Assembly: GCA_965197905.1 (NCBI GenBank)
Contig: CBDAOB010000005.1
Location: forward strand, 1,920,001-1,984,000
Length of the DNA stretch: 64,000 bases
Reading direction: 5' to 3'
Source of the DNA: Candidatus Latescibacterota bacterium
Lineage (GTDB): Bacteria > Latescibacterota > UBA2968 > UBA8231
Both the position numbers and the translations under genes were made by a program. Positions 48,210 to 58,231 of the stretch are shown piece after piece. Positions within the stretch are counted from its first letter, which is position 1, and each line of letters begins with the position of its first letter. A model generated the notes under the pieces. The model saw nothing but the letters and a program-made list of their open reading frames with translations, did not search any database and was not told where the DNA came from.

Positions 48210-49940
48210 ATGATCCTGGCGGAAAATCTCACCTACTCACATCCTGGAAACATACCCGGAATAACGGGCGTCAGCATAGAAATCTCTGCGGGTTCGCGGG
48301 TTGCCATACTGGGCGCCAATGGTTCTGGCAAGAGCACACTCGCGCGCTGTCTGAACGGGATCCACGTACCGCAATCCGGACGTGTTCTCGTAGATGGTCT
48401 CAACGTTGGAGATCCCGCAGCGACCTACGAGATCCGGCGGCGGGTCGGCATGGTGTTCCAGAATCCCGACGATCAGCTGGTCTCCACCTCGGTGGAGACT
48501 GAGATCGCCTTTGGATTGGAAAACATTTCCGTGCCGACAACGGAGATGCGGAATCGCGTTGACGAGACTCTCGAAACCTTCCACCTCACTCAATACCGCA
48601 AACGCCATCCACACAACCTGTCAGGAGGCGAGAAACAGAGGGTAGCTATTGCGGCCGTCGTCGCGCTGCAACCCCAGTACCTGATATTAGATGAGCCAAC
48701 ATCGCTGTTGGATCCAAAAGCGAAACGAGATATCAACGATCTGCTAACGAGATTGACGTCCGAGTTCGGCATCGCCTGTGTTCAGATCACGCAGGATCCA
48801 GAAGAGATTGTCAGCGCTGACTGCACGCTGGTGTTGGATCGGGGTCGATTGGCCCATAGCGGCCGACCCGAACAGGTCTTTGCAAACCCGGACGTATTGC
48901 GCGACATCGGCCTCGACGTTCCTTTTGCCGCTGCCGTCGGCGCACGCCTCGCCCACCTGCTCCCGTCCAGTCGGGGTCCCTATTTAAGTCTGCAAGATCT
49001 CGTTACCGACCTGGCACCGGTATGCCCAACCGACGCAGATCAGCCTACCCGCTGTGAAGATGGCGGACGCGAGAATGCTGTGTTGCGAACCGAAGCACTC
49101 TGTCACAAGTACGACGTGGGATTGCCCTCCGAACATCTGGCAATTGACGACATATCGATTGAGATTCCACGCGGGTCGATCCTGGCGTTGGTCGGACCGA
49201 GCGGTTCCGGCAAGACGACCCTGGCCCAACACTTCAACGCCCTGCTGGAACCCTCGAGTGGTCGTGTGGTTCTGGACGAAACGGATGTCTGGGGCGCGGG
49301 CTTGGACAAGGTCGAGGTTCGACGCCGTGTGGGATTTGCCTTTCAGTTCCCAGAGCTTCAACTGTTCGACGAAACGGTTTTGAGCGACGTGGCATTTGGC
49401 CCCACGAACCTAGGCTTTTCCGAGGACGAAGCGAACCGGGCGGCGGAGAACGCGCTCGATTCAGTGGGGTTGCCGGCATCGGTATTCGGCGAACGCTCTC
49501 CCTTCTCGCTGAGCGGCGGAGAGATGCGACGGGTTGCCCTGGCCGGCATCTTGGCTATGGCCCCCGACGTGCTTGTGCTGGACGAACCCACAGCCGGTCT
49601 GGATCCGCAGGGGGCGGATCAGATTTGCAATATCCTGGTGGAGCTGCGCGAAAGGGGCCACACGGTGGTTTTGATCGCGCACGACATGGACCTGGTGAGC
49701 CGTTTGGCCGACGAAATGATTCTGCTGAATCATTCGCGTCTTGAGCTACAAGGGATTACGCGTTCTATCGTTTCGAACATCGAGCTGCTGCAGGAAAACG
49801 GCCTTGAGGCACCCAACCCGGCAAAGCTTACCCATGCTCTTGGCGAGGCTGGCTGTAAGGTTCCCACCGGGCTTCTCACGATCGACGACATAGTGGATTA
49901 CTTCGAGGAGACAAATGACAGCGGGCACCTGGCAGGCTGA
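48210..49940 (+). CDS. fused ECF transporter ATPase (EcfA1-EcfA2)
   Basis: Two ABC domains: GANGSGKS/VFQNPDDQL/LSGGEKQR and GPSGSGKT/FQFPELQLF/LSGGEMRR. Confidence 0.9.
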   Translation: MILAENLTYSHPGNIPGITGVSIEISAGSRVAILGANGSGKSTLARCLNGIHVPQSGRVLVDGLNVGDPAATYEIRRRVGMVFQNPDDQLVSTSVETEIAFGLENISVPTTEMRNRVDETLETFHLTQYRKRHPHNLSGGEKQRVAIAAVVALQPQYLILDEPTSLLDPKAKRDINDLLTRLTSEFGIACVQITQDPEEIVSADCTLVLDRGRLAHSGRPEQVFANPDVLRDIGLDVPFAAAVGARLAHLLPSSRGPYLSLQDLVTDLAPVCPTDADQPTRCEDGGRENAVLRTEALCHKYDVGLPSEHLAIDDISIEIPRGSILALVGPSGSGKTTLAQHFNALLEPSSGRVVLDETDVWGAGLDKVEVRRRVGFAFQFPELQLFDETVLSDVAFGPTNLGFSEDEANRAAENALDSVGLPASVFGERSPFSLSGGEMRRVALAGILAMAPDVLVLDEPTAGLDPQGADQICNILVELRERGHTVVLIAHDMDLVSRLADEMILLNHSRLELQGITRSIVSNIELLQENGLEAPNPAKLTHALGEAGCKVPTGLLTIDDIVDYFEETNDSGHLAG

Positions 49941-51219
49941 CATACTTGTCAAGGCGGGCAGGGTCATCGACCCTGCCAATGGTCGCGATGGCGTTGCCGA
50001 CGTTCTGGTAAGGAGTGGCAAGATTGCGCAGGTAGGGTCTGATATTCGAAACGCGGACGGAACACGAGAAATCGACGCCCGAGGTTTGGTCGTCACTCCC
50101 GGATTGATCGATGTCCACGTTCACCTGCGCGAGCCGGGGTACGAACACAAAGAGACCATCGCCTCCGGATCCCGAGCGGCCGCTGCTGGAGGTTTCACCT
50201 CGGTGGCGGCCATGCCCAATACCGACCCCCCTTTGGATACCCCCGACAGACTGAGTGATTTCCACCAGCGCGTCAAAACAACCTCGCTCGTGCGCGCCTA
50301 CCCCATCGCCTGCATAACCAAGGGACGCGAGGGTCAGGAGTTAGCTCCTCTAGAGCTGCTCGCGGCGGCGGGAGCTGTCGCTTTTTCGGATGACGGCGAT
50401 CCTGTCGAAGATGAAGAACTCATGCGGACCGCGCTGAGTGCGGCTTCGCGGCTGGACAAGCCGATCTTTCCCCATGAGGAGGTCAAACAGCTGACCGCTG
50501 GAGGTTGCATGCATGAGGGAGAGGTTTCCGCACGCCTCGGCGTCAAAGGTATGCCGGCGGCGGCCGAGGAAGCCATGATCGCGCGCGACATACGTCTGGT
50601 TCGAGACACCGGAGGCCCTCTCCATGTTGCTCACATCAGCACTACCGGAAGTGTCGAGCTGGTGCGCGCCGCCAAATTGGAAGGGTTGCCCGTAACCTGT
50701 GAAGTGCTTCCCCACCATTTCGTCTTGACCGACGAGGAGGTTGCGTGTCAGGGAACGGCTGCGAAGATGAGTCCACCTCTACGGGCCCGCACCGATGTGG
50801 AGGCCATGTTCGCCGGGTTAGCGGATGGCACGATCGACCTGATTTCCACCGATCACGCACCTCACACCGCCGCAGAAAAGAAGCAGTCGCTCGAGCAGGC
50901 GCCGTTCGGGATCGTCGGATTAGAAACCGCGGTCGGGTTGACCCTAACCTATCTGGTGAATGCAGGCGTGCTAGACCTGGTATCGGCGATCGACAAATGG
51001 ACCTGGAGTGCGGCTCGGGCCCTGCGTTTGCCCGGTGGCCGACTCAGTTCCGGAGACCCTGGTGATCTGACTATCTTGGACACCGATGAATCGTGGCAGG
51101 TGGACGCAGGAAGCTTTCAATCAAATTCGAAAAACACCCCTTTCGATCGGTTGCGGCTTACTGGAAGGGCGGTGGCTTCGGTGGTCGGCGGAGACGTGGT
51201 GTTTTCCCGCCTGAGTTAG
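49915..51219 (+). CDS. pyrC: dihydroorotase (type I)
   Basis: PGLIDVHVHLREPG, MPNT, FSDDG, HIST, PPLR, TDHAPH, PFGIVGLET. Confidence 0.93.
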   Translation: MTAGTWQADILVKAGRVIDPANGRDGVADVLVRSGKIAQVGSDIRNADGTREIDARGLVVTPGLIDVHVHLREPGYEHKETIASGSRAAAAGGFTSVAAMPNTDPPLDTPDRLSDFHQRVKTTSLVRAYPIACITKGREGQELAPLELLAAAGAVAFSDDGDPVEDEELMRTALSAASRLDKPIFPHEEVKQLTAGGCMHEGEVSARLGVKGMPAAAEEAMIARDIRLVRDTGGPLHVAHISTTGSVELVRAAKLEGLPVTCEVLPHHFVLTDEEVACQGTAAKMSPPLRARTDVEAMFAGLADGTIDLISTDHAPHTAAEKKQSLEQAPFGIVGLETAVGLTLTYLVNAGVLDLVSAIDKWTWSAARALRLPGGRLSSGDPGDLTILDTDESWQVDAGSFQSNSKNTPFDRLRLTGRAVASVVGGDVVFSRLS

Positions 51220-51223
51220 GCGG

Positions 51224-52540
51224 CTAGTCTGCTTGAAATGCGTTCTCGAAATGGGTTATCTGCGGATCCTCCGCGCCTCCGATGATGGCCACGACGTCGA
51301 ACCTGAACTCGGAGTCGGCCGCTGCGTGTTGGATATAGTGCCGGGCGGCTCGCACCAGGTGCCTGCGTTTTTGGTGGCGCACCCGATCCTCTGGCGACCC
51401 CAGCGATCCCTCGCGGCTGGATTTCACCTCGACGAAAATGACTTCGTTTCCACGCCGAACCACCAGATCGATTTCGCCACCAGCGCCCCTGTAGTTGCGG
51501 GCTTCTACCGTGTAACCCTTTGATTTCAGGAATTGCGCCGTCAGCTCCTCACGACGGGCGCCAAGCCCGCCGAGCGCGCGGGCTCGCTTGCGGTAATCCC
51601 GTCGCAGAACCTCCAGTTCGACCGAGCTCATGTCCCCTGAGATACTCTTGATCTCGCCGGCGACCTCGGCCAACTCTTCCAGGGATGAGGAATTCGACAA
51701 GCACTTTGATAAGAATTCTACGCGACCTGCCTGATCTGAAGAAAAACAATCCGCTACGGGGGCAAATGATCGGCGATGAAGAACCGTCGGACCATGCTTT
51801 TCAAGCGCTCCCAAATGGGCTTCGGTACCGTATCCCTTGTGTTCTTCGAACCCGTATTGGGGGTATGCGTCGGCGTAACCCCCCATGATTGCGTCCCGAT
51901 GCACCTTGGCGACGACGGAGGCGGCGGCTATAGATATGGACCGACGATCGCCGTGCACCACCGTTTCTTCCGGGAATCCGGTGTTGGGCAGCATCTTTCC
52001 GTCCACCAGCACCCGCTGCGGTGCGGTTCCGAGCTGCTGCACCGCCATTCTCATGGCGAGAAGGGACGCCTGAAGAATGTTCAACCGATCTATTTGATCA
52101 GCTTCGACGCACCCAAAACCAACGGCCCGCGCGCAACGGTGGACAAGATCCGCGCAATGTTGCCGTTGCGCGCAAGTCAGCTTCTTGCTGTCGTCCAGCT
52201 CTTCGAGCTCAAAATCCCTGGGCAGTATTACGGCCGCTGCTACTACTGGGCCGGCGATACAACCACGCCCTACCTCGTCCACGCCGGCCAGCAGATCGAT
52301 GCTGCTCTGCCAATACCCGTCGTCCAGCGCCCGAAGGTCTCGTGCTTTCTGCCGCCGAGTTTCCTGGAATTGTTGTCGACGTTCGTGGCGCGCAACCAGG
52401 TTGCGTACCCCTAATCGCTTGTCGCGCTCCATATGAGCTAGAAGATGATCGTCGAGGCGCTGTTCGCAATCGACGATACCGCGCAGCTGCGCTACCGTCA
52501 TGCGTTTGACCTTCGCGCGGGTCCAATCTCGCTGAGTCAC
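51224..52540 (-). CDS. rnhB: ribonuclease HII fused to a YraN (UPF0102) domain
   Basis: AGVDEVGRG, DDSKKL, LVDG, SIAAASVVAKVHRD, HKGYGT; then GYTVEARNY..GGEIDLV..FVEVKS..RFDVV. Confidence 0.93.
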   Translation of the reverse strand: MTQRDWTRAKVKRMTVAQLRGIVDCEQRLDDHLLAHMERDKRLGVRNLVARHERRQQFQETRRQKARDLRALDDGYWQSSIDLLAGVDEVGRGCIAGPVVAAAVILPRDFELEELDDSKKLTCAQRQHCADLVHRCARAVGFGCVEADQIDRLNILQASLLAMRMAVQQLGTAPQRVLVDGKMLPNTGFPEETVVHGDRRSISIAAASVVAKVHRDAIMGGYADAYPQYGFEEHKGYGTEAHLGALEKHGPTVLHRRSFAPVADCFSSDQAGRVEFLSKCLSNSSSLEELAEVAGEIKSISGDMSSVELEVLRRDYRKRARALGGLGARREELTAQFLKSKGYTVEARNYRGAGGEIDLVVRRGNEVIFVEVKSSREGSLGSPEDRVRHQKRRHLVRAARHYIQHAAADSEFRFDVVAIIGGAEDPQITHFENAFQAD

Positions 52541-52542
52541 GA

Positions 52543-53937
52543 CTAGGTTCCGCGACGCAGCAAGCGAATCTCATCATTCATTGCTTCAATCTTCATATTC
52601 TGCAGCCGCACGAGATCGCCGTAGGTCTGGGCACGCTCATCCTGCATTTCCATCGCCTGCCGCAACACATCTAGATGTGCCACGAGCTGGTCGAGATGAT
52701 CATTCTCCGAACCTTCTCGGTTTGGCGCTGTCGAAACAGCTCCTGACAACAGCTCGTTTCCCTGCTTCAGCTCCTCCCACTTTTCCTTGATTCGGTGATC
52801 GATTTCGCTTTCGCTACCAGGTGCAATACGTCCCGCATCCTGCGCCGCGGATTCTTCCAGCTTGCGCGAGAACCGCTCTCCACTCTCCTTGGCTGGCGCT
52901 TTCTTGGCTGCGGCTTTCGCCTTCGGTTTCCTGGGGCGTCGCAGAAGCACTGCCGATAGAGCAACCAACGCCAGCGCGACGGCGCCGATACCGACGTAGA
53001 TCCAGCCCTGGTCGTCCTCGGGCTGTGGTTTGGGAATCTCCTTCTTCTGAACAAATTTCGGTTCGGGAATCCGGGATTCACCGCGGAAAAGCGCCTTATA
53101 TTTGCGCGTGCTGTCGGCAACCCCTTTGAGCCGATACACCTCGCCCAGTTCCAGCAGGATATCACGCCGACCGCTACTCTTGTCGCGGGCAAGATTCAGA
53201 TTCTCGACGGCCTCATCGTACGCACCCAATTGCTTGTAAGCCGTCGCCGCGTGCGCCAGCGCGCTGACATTGTCCGGATTCTCCTTCAACACCTCTTCGA
53301 ACTTCCCCAACGCCGACCTGTAGTCTCCCTTTTCTTCGAATTTCAGCCCCTCCGCGTAGGAGTTGGCGCGCAGGACAGTGGGTTTCGCCGCTTCGGCGAC
53401 CGGGATCGTCGGGACAGCCAGCGGTGTAGGTTCAGGCGCGGTCGATTTTGGTTGGGTTTTTTCGACGGCAGGCGAAACGACGGACGGAACGTCAAACGTA
53501 ACGGTCTTGTCGCGGACCAGCTTTTTCCATATCCAACCGGATTTCCCGTTCGGCAGGGAGACCTCTAGCCAGTTGCCCTGCTGTCTGAGCTTGGTCAATT
53601 CGGTCCCCTTGGACACCTGAGCCAAGGCAGGCGCCGCGGTGGACGCGGCCGCGCGAATCCGAACCCCTCTTCCCTCCACCGTCAGTCTCTGCTGCACCAA
53701 GGCGGAATGCACCCAACCATCGCGGCCGTCGCTCATCCGCACCTGAAGCCACTCGTTTTTCGAACCGACCTGCTCAACCTCCTCGCCATTCTTGAGCACG
53801 GCGATCCGCCCTGATTGCACTGTTGCGTCGGCGCGAACGTTTACCTGAGCCCGATTGACGCGCAATGCAGGTCCAGCGTCAACCTGGCTCAAGAGAGCAA
53901 AGCAGAGGCACGCCGCCGATACCGTTCGCCTAACCAC
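52543..53937 (-). CDS. membrane-anchored protein with two bacterial SH3 domains, TPRs, a TM helix and a coiled coil
   Basis: Signal peptide after a GGAGG RBS; VNVRA...WLQV..DGWVH twice; TPR-like helices; WIYVGIGAVALALVALSAVLL. Confidence 0.8.
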   Translation of the reverse strand: MVRRTVSAACLCFALLSQVDAGPALRVNRAQVNVRADATVQSGRIAVLKNGEEVEQVGSKNEWLQVRMSDGRDGWVHSALVQQRLTVEGRGVRIRAAASTAAPALAQVSKGTELTKLRQQGNWLEVSLPNGKSGWIWKKLVRDKTVTFDVPSVVSPAVEKTQPKSTAPEPTPLAVPTIPVAEAAKPTVLRANSYAEGLKFEEKGDYRSALGKFEEVLKENPDNVSALAHAATAYKQLGAYDEAVENLNLARDKSSGRRDILLELGEVYRLKGVADSTRKYKALFRGESRIPEPKFVQKKEIPKPQPEDDQGWIYVGIGAVALALVALSAVLLRRPRKPKAKAAAKKAPAKESGERFSRKLEESAAQDAGRIAPGSESEIDHRIKEKWEELKQGNELLSGAVSTAPNREGSENDHLDQLVAHLDVLRQAMEMQDERAQTYGDLVRLQNMKIEAMNDEIRLLRRGT

Positions 53938-53992
53938 CTGTTTTCCCCTCCAAATGAAGCAACGAAGTCCGCGTTCGCTATCGTCGGTCACA

Positions 53993-54739
53993 TCAACCTC
54001 CTCCACGAATTGACTCACCCTGGTGCAGAACGACCGCGGCCAAGACGATACTCGCCGTTTCCGCTCGCAAGGTTCGCGTTCCCCAGGAAAACGTGCGGAT
54101 TCCCAAAACTCCAGCTTTCTCTATCTCCTCCTGCGTGAAACCGCCTTCGGGACCGACGAGGAGACCCACCGCGGTCGGTGGGTCGCCCGCGAGAATGTTC
54201 TTCAGATCGCCTTCGGAACCCGAGCCGTCGGCGGTTGCCATCAGCACGCGTTCGCACGAGCGCAGCAATCGTTCCATGACTTCGTGTAGTGTTGCCGGCT
54301 CAAAGATCGGCGGTAGGCGAGATCTCCCACACTGTTTGGCGGCTGCCACAACCAGCCGTTCCCATCGATCCTGTCTTTGGGGCGAGCTATTCGACACCAC
54401 TGTTCGTTCACATGTGAAGGGAGAAAGGCTGGCTATGCCGACTTCCGTTCCCTTTTCGACGACGGCATCGAAGCGAGCTCCTTTGATCATGGAGGTGGCC
54501 AGATGCAAACGCACCTGGCTTTCACCCCCTTCTTCCGTGCAGTCGAGGATTCGGCAGCGCACCCTGTCCTCTTCTTCGGACAACACGCGGGCACGGAACA
54601 AACGACCGTTGCCGTCCAGCACATCGATCAGGTCTCCCTCTGCTCGCCGACGCACGCGCATCAAATGGTGAGCCTCGTCTGCCCTTAAGACCAGTTCGTT
54701 CCCGTTCACGTCTGCGGGCTTGACCAGAAAACCGGGCAT
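53993..54739 (-). CDS. rsmE: 16S rRNA m3U1498 methyltransferase
   Basis: HHLMRVRR, EKGTEVG, AAKQCGR, VGPEGGF, TLRAETA. Confidence 0.95.
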   Translation of the reverse strand: MPGFLVKPADVNGNELVLRADEAHHLMRVRRRAEGDLIDVLDGNGRLFRARVLSEEEDRVRCRILDCTEEGGESQVRLHLATSMIKGARFDAVVEKGTEVGIASLSPFTCERTVVSNSSPQRQDRWERLVVAAAKQCGRSRLPPIFEPATLHEVMERLLRSCERVLMATADGSGSEGDLKNILAGDPPTAVGLLVGPEGGFTQEEIEKAGVLGIRTFSWGTRTLRAETASIVLAAVVLHQGESIRGGG

Positions 54740-55609
54740 TCAGAGACCCCGCGCCACAGTCACGCAGATCCATTCATTCTCGCGGCTTATCGCCTGGACA
54801 CCAAATCCGGCTGCTTCCAACCTACCGGAGAAGTCCGACTCTTCCCGATCCAGCAAACCGGAAAAAATCGCTACACCATGTTCAGCGAGCCGGCGTCTGA
54901 CCAGCGGCAATATCGGTGCCAACACGCTGCTCTGAATGTTGGCCACGACGAGATCAAAGCCAATCTCTTGCGTCGCCTCCACGGTACCGTGTCGCAGCTC
55001 AGGTTGGACACGTCCCACCAGATTGCGGTCCAGGTTTTCTCGGGCGTTGTCGATGGCCTGTCGATCCGTATCGACCGCCAAGACGCGTGCGGCCCCCAGT
55101 AAAACGGCCGCAATGGAGAGGATTCCGCTGCCCGTTCCAATGTCCAGGCAGCTGCACCCAGCCGTAATTCGCTCCTCCATTGCCATGAGGCTAAGCCGTG
55201 TCGATTCGTGTCCCCCCGTTCCAAACGCCATTTGGGGGAGAATACAAATGGCAATCTCAGCGTCGGCGGGGATCCACGGGGGATGTACGACAATCCGAGT
55301 AGTGACCTGGATCGGCGTGAAGTACCGGCGCCACTCCACGTCCCAGTCACGGTCGGGTAAATATTGATATTCCAGGCGGGGAGATCCGCATCCCCGTTGC
55401 TCCAGGTGGTCACCGATGCCGGCAGAAAGCCGTGCGACATCAACAGCGGCAGGAAAATATGCTACGACCTCGACCGAACCCGACTCGTCTACCTCGCCCA
55501 CTTCAAGTCCACAGCTGCCGAGCTCGAAGCACAAGGTTGATAGGTCGTCGACCGCCGCTTCGGGAATGACCAAACTCAACGACTGCCATTCTTTGAGCTG
55601 GGGATTCAC
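54740..55609 (-). CDS. prmA: 50S ribosomal protein L11 methyltransferase
   Basis: PQMAFGTGGHEST, LDIGTGSGILSI, DLVVANI. Confidence 0.95.
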   Translation of the reverse strand: MNPQLKEWQSLSLVIPEAAVDDLSTLCFELGSCGLEVGEVDESGSVEVVAYFPAAVDVARLSAGIGDHLEQRGCGSPRLEYQYLPDRDWDVEWRRYFTPIQVTTRIVVHPPWIPADAEIAICILPQMAFGTGGHESTRLSLMAMEERITAGCSCLDIGTGSGILSIAAVLLGAARVLAVDTDRQAIDNARENLDRNLVGRVQPELRHGTVEATQEIGFDLVVANIQSSVLAPILPLVRRRLAEHGVAIFSGLLDREESDFSGRLEAAGFGVQAISRENEWICVTVARGL

Positions 55610-55679
55610 TGTGCCAAAGATAGCACGGTCATCGCTGCGTGAGCAAGCAGCGGTGACTACTGTGTTTGCCAGATGTGGT

Positions 55680-56192
55680 TCAGGTCGGTTGTTGGCGAGA
55701 GAAGGATCGATAAGGTGTTTTGCGAATATCTTGCTGTAGCGTGCGGACCGCCTCGATCAAGTCTTCGGGGCGGGGAGGACAACCTGCAACGCAGATGTCG
55801 ACGGGCAAGATCCGATCGATACCTTGGACGGTGGCGTAACTATTGAAAGCACCACCTGAGATGGCACACACTCCCATGGCTATCACCCACTTCGGTTCGG
55901 GGATCTGGGCGTAAACGTCCTTGAGGACGGGAACCATTTTTGCGCTGATGCGACCGGATACGATCACTAGATCGGCGTGGCGCGGGCTCACAACGGGAAG
56001 CCCGCCTGTTGCGTTGCCCAATTCGAAACGCCCCCCCATCGCCGCCAGCATTTCCAGGGAGCAGCACGCCGTCCCGAAAGAGAGAGGCCACAACGAGCGG
56101 CCGCGCGCCCAATTGGCGATTTTATCCCTGGTAGTGAGGGCGTAATCACTCGAACCCGAGAAGCGTGCCGCCGGCTTGTAACCATCAACCAC
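55680..56192 (-). CDS. nuoB: NADH-quinone oxidoreductase subunit B-like protein (stand-alone)
   Basis: SLWPLSFGTACCSLEM, SPRHAD, EPKWVIAMGVCA, AGCPPRPE. Confidence 0.88.
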   Translation of the reverse strand: MVDGYKPAARFSGSSDYALTTRDKIANWARGRSLWPLSFGTACCSLEMLAAMGGRFELGNATGGLPVVSPRHADLVIVSGRISAKMVPVLKDVYAQIPEPKWVIAMGVCAISGGAFNSYATVQGIDRILPVDICVAGCPPRPEDLIEAVRTLQQDIRKTPYRSFSRQQPT

Positions 56193-57016
56193 TAGCCGTC
56201 CTCCTCGAGTTTCACCAGCTCGCGCACCATGGACCTGCCGATTTCATTGAAGATTTCGCTGACGGGGCTCTCCGGTTGCTCGAGGACAATGGGTCTGCCG
56301 CGATCACCAGCAGCACAGATCCCACTTTCCAGAGGAATCTCTCCAAGGAAATTCAGGTCAAGGTTGGCAGCCAGATCTCTTCCGCCACCGGCGCTGAATA
56401 TCTCATGACGTTCACCGCAGTCTTCACAGACGAAGTAGCTCATGTTTTCGACGACCCCCAGGACATCCACTTCCACCCGCTCGAACATGGCGATCCCCCG
56501 TTTCACATCCTCTAGCGAAACCTGCTGCGGCGTAGTAACGATCAGCGCGCCGGATAGTCCAATGCTTTGACTCAAGGTGAGGGGGATGTCGCCTGTTCCT
56601 GGAGGCAGGTCGATGAGAAGATAGTCCAGCTCGCCCCACTCCACCTGATGCAGAAATTGCTGTACTGCCTGCCCCAGCAGCGGTCCACGCCAGATCACCG
56701 GCGTCTCCTCGCCGGCAATGAAACCGACGGACATCATCGATATCCCGTGGGCTCGGACCGGAACCATCTTGTTTTGCGGGGTCAGCTCGGGCTCGCCGCT
56801 GGCGCCCATCAGAATCGGCAGACTGGGGCCATAGATATCCGCATCGAGCAGCCCGACCTTCGCCCCAGACAGGACCAGACTCAACGCGAGGTTGGTCGTA
56901 ACGGTCGATTTGCCAACGCCTCCCTTGGCGCTGGCGATCGCAACTGCATTGCTTACCGACGGCAGCGCACTCTGGGCGTCCTGGAGTGTACGTGGGACCT
57001 GTGTCTCGTTCCCCAT
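56192..57016 (-). CDS. Mrp/NBP35 (ApbC) Fe-S cluster carrier ATPase
   Basis: SAKGGVGKST, DADIYGPS, WRGP, DLPPGTGD, ENMSYFVCEDC. Confidence 0.94.
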   Translation of the reverse strand: MGNETQVPRTLQDAQSALPSVSNAVAIASAKGGVGKSTVTTNLALSLVLSGAKVGLLDADIYGPSLPILMGASGEPELTPQNKMVPVRAHGISMMSVGFIAGEETPVIWRGPLLGQAVQQFLHQVEWGELDYLLIDLPPGTGDIPLTLSQSIGLSGALIVTTPQQVSLEDVKRGIAMFERVEVDVLGVVENMSYFVCEDCGERHEIFSAGGGRDLAANLDLNFLGEIPLESGICAAGDRGRPIVLEQPESPVSEIFNEIGRSMVRELVKLEEDG

Positions 57017-57073
57017 CAGATCGTTTGACTAAGAGCTGAGGGTCGGATCGTCAAGCTTGCGTTCCAAGCGCGA

Positions 57074-58228
57074 TCATGCACCAAATGCCTGGCGCATCTT
57101 TTCGAAGAGCCCCTTGCCTTCGCTGTCGGCTCGATTGCGTTCGCACTGACGGATCTCCTCGAACAGCTCGCGCTCCCGGGTGCTCAGGCGATCAGGCGTC
57201 CAGAGAAGCACCTGGACTAGCTCATCGCCCACCCCTCTGCCGTTGACATCTGGGATCCCCTTGCCGCGGAGGCGAAACACCTTCCCAGACTGCGTTCCAG
57301 CGGGGACCTTCATCTTTGCCTTGCCGCTCAAGGTTGGCACCTCAACCTCATCACCAAGCGCCGCCTGAGCCAGACCCAGGGGTTGGCGGTAGACGATATC
57401 ATTGCCGTCGCGGACGAAGAGATCGTGTTCTATCTCCTCGATGAAGACGAGGGTGTCTCCAGGCTGCCCACCTCGGGGGCCGGCGTCTCCCTGGCCACGC
57501 AGGGGAATGTAGTTGCCGGTACTCACCCCCGCGGGGATCTTGACGGTCAAGGTTTTCTTGCCACGCACCACACCTTCGCCGCGGCAGTCGTAGCAGGGAG
57601 TGCCGATGATGGTGCCTTCGCCGTGGCAGTTCGGACAGGCTGTAATGGTCACGGATTGACCGAAGAGGGATCTGGAAACCTGTTGCACCTGTCCAGCGCC
57701 ACCGCAAGTCCCGCAGGTTTCACGCGAGCTCCCTCGATCTGCCCCCGACCCGCCACAGGTATCGCATGCCTGTTGACAGTTTATGTTGAGTGTTTTTTCA
57801 GTGCCGGTGGCAACCTCTTCGAGCGTCAGTTCGAGCTTGACCTTAAGATCGCGGCCGCGGGGCGGTCCTGTTTGTCCGCCGCGGGAGCGGCCCGACCCGA
57901 AACCTCCTCCGAAAAAATTCTCGAAGATATCGCCGAAGATGTCCTGAAAATCGCCGGCGTGGGAGAAATCGGACCACTGAAAACCGCCGCTGCCAAAGCT
58001 GCTTTCGACGCCGGCGTGGCCGAACTGATCGTATCGCGATTTCTTGTCGGCATCACTGAGGACCTCGTACGCCTCCGATGCTTCCCTGAACTTCTCTTCC
58101 GCTTCGGCGTTGTCGGGATTGCGGTCGGGATGGTATTTGAGAGCTAGTTTGCGATAGGCCGTCTTGATATCGCCATCCCCGGCGTCCCGGCCGAGACCCA
58201 GCACCTCGTAATAATCCCGTTTCGCCAA
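57074..58228 (-). CDS. dnaJ: chaperone DnaJ
   Basis: J domain with HPD, G/F region, four CxxCxGxG repeats. Confidence 0.98.
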   Translation of the reverse strand: MAKRDYYEVLGLGRDAGDGDIKTAYRKLALKYHPDRNPDNAEAEEKFREASEAYEVLSDADKKSRYDQFGHAGVESSFGSGGFQWSDFSHAGDFQDIFGDIFENFFGGGFGSGRSRGGQTGPPRGRDLKVKLELTLEEVATGTEKTLNINCQQACDTCGGSGADRGSSRETCGTCGGAGQVQQVSRSLFGQSVTITACPNCHGEGTIIGTPCYDCRGEGVVRGKKTLTVKIPAGVSTGNYIPLRGQGDAGPRGGQPGDTLVFIEEIEHDLFVRDGNDIVYRQPLGLAQAALGDEVEVPTLSGKAKMKVPAGTQSGKVFRLRGKGIPDVNGRGVGDELVQVLLWTPDRLSTRERELFEEIRQCERNRADSEGKGLFEKMRQAFGA

Positions 58229-58231
58229 GGG

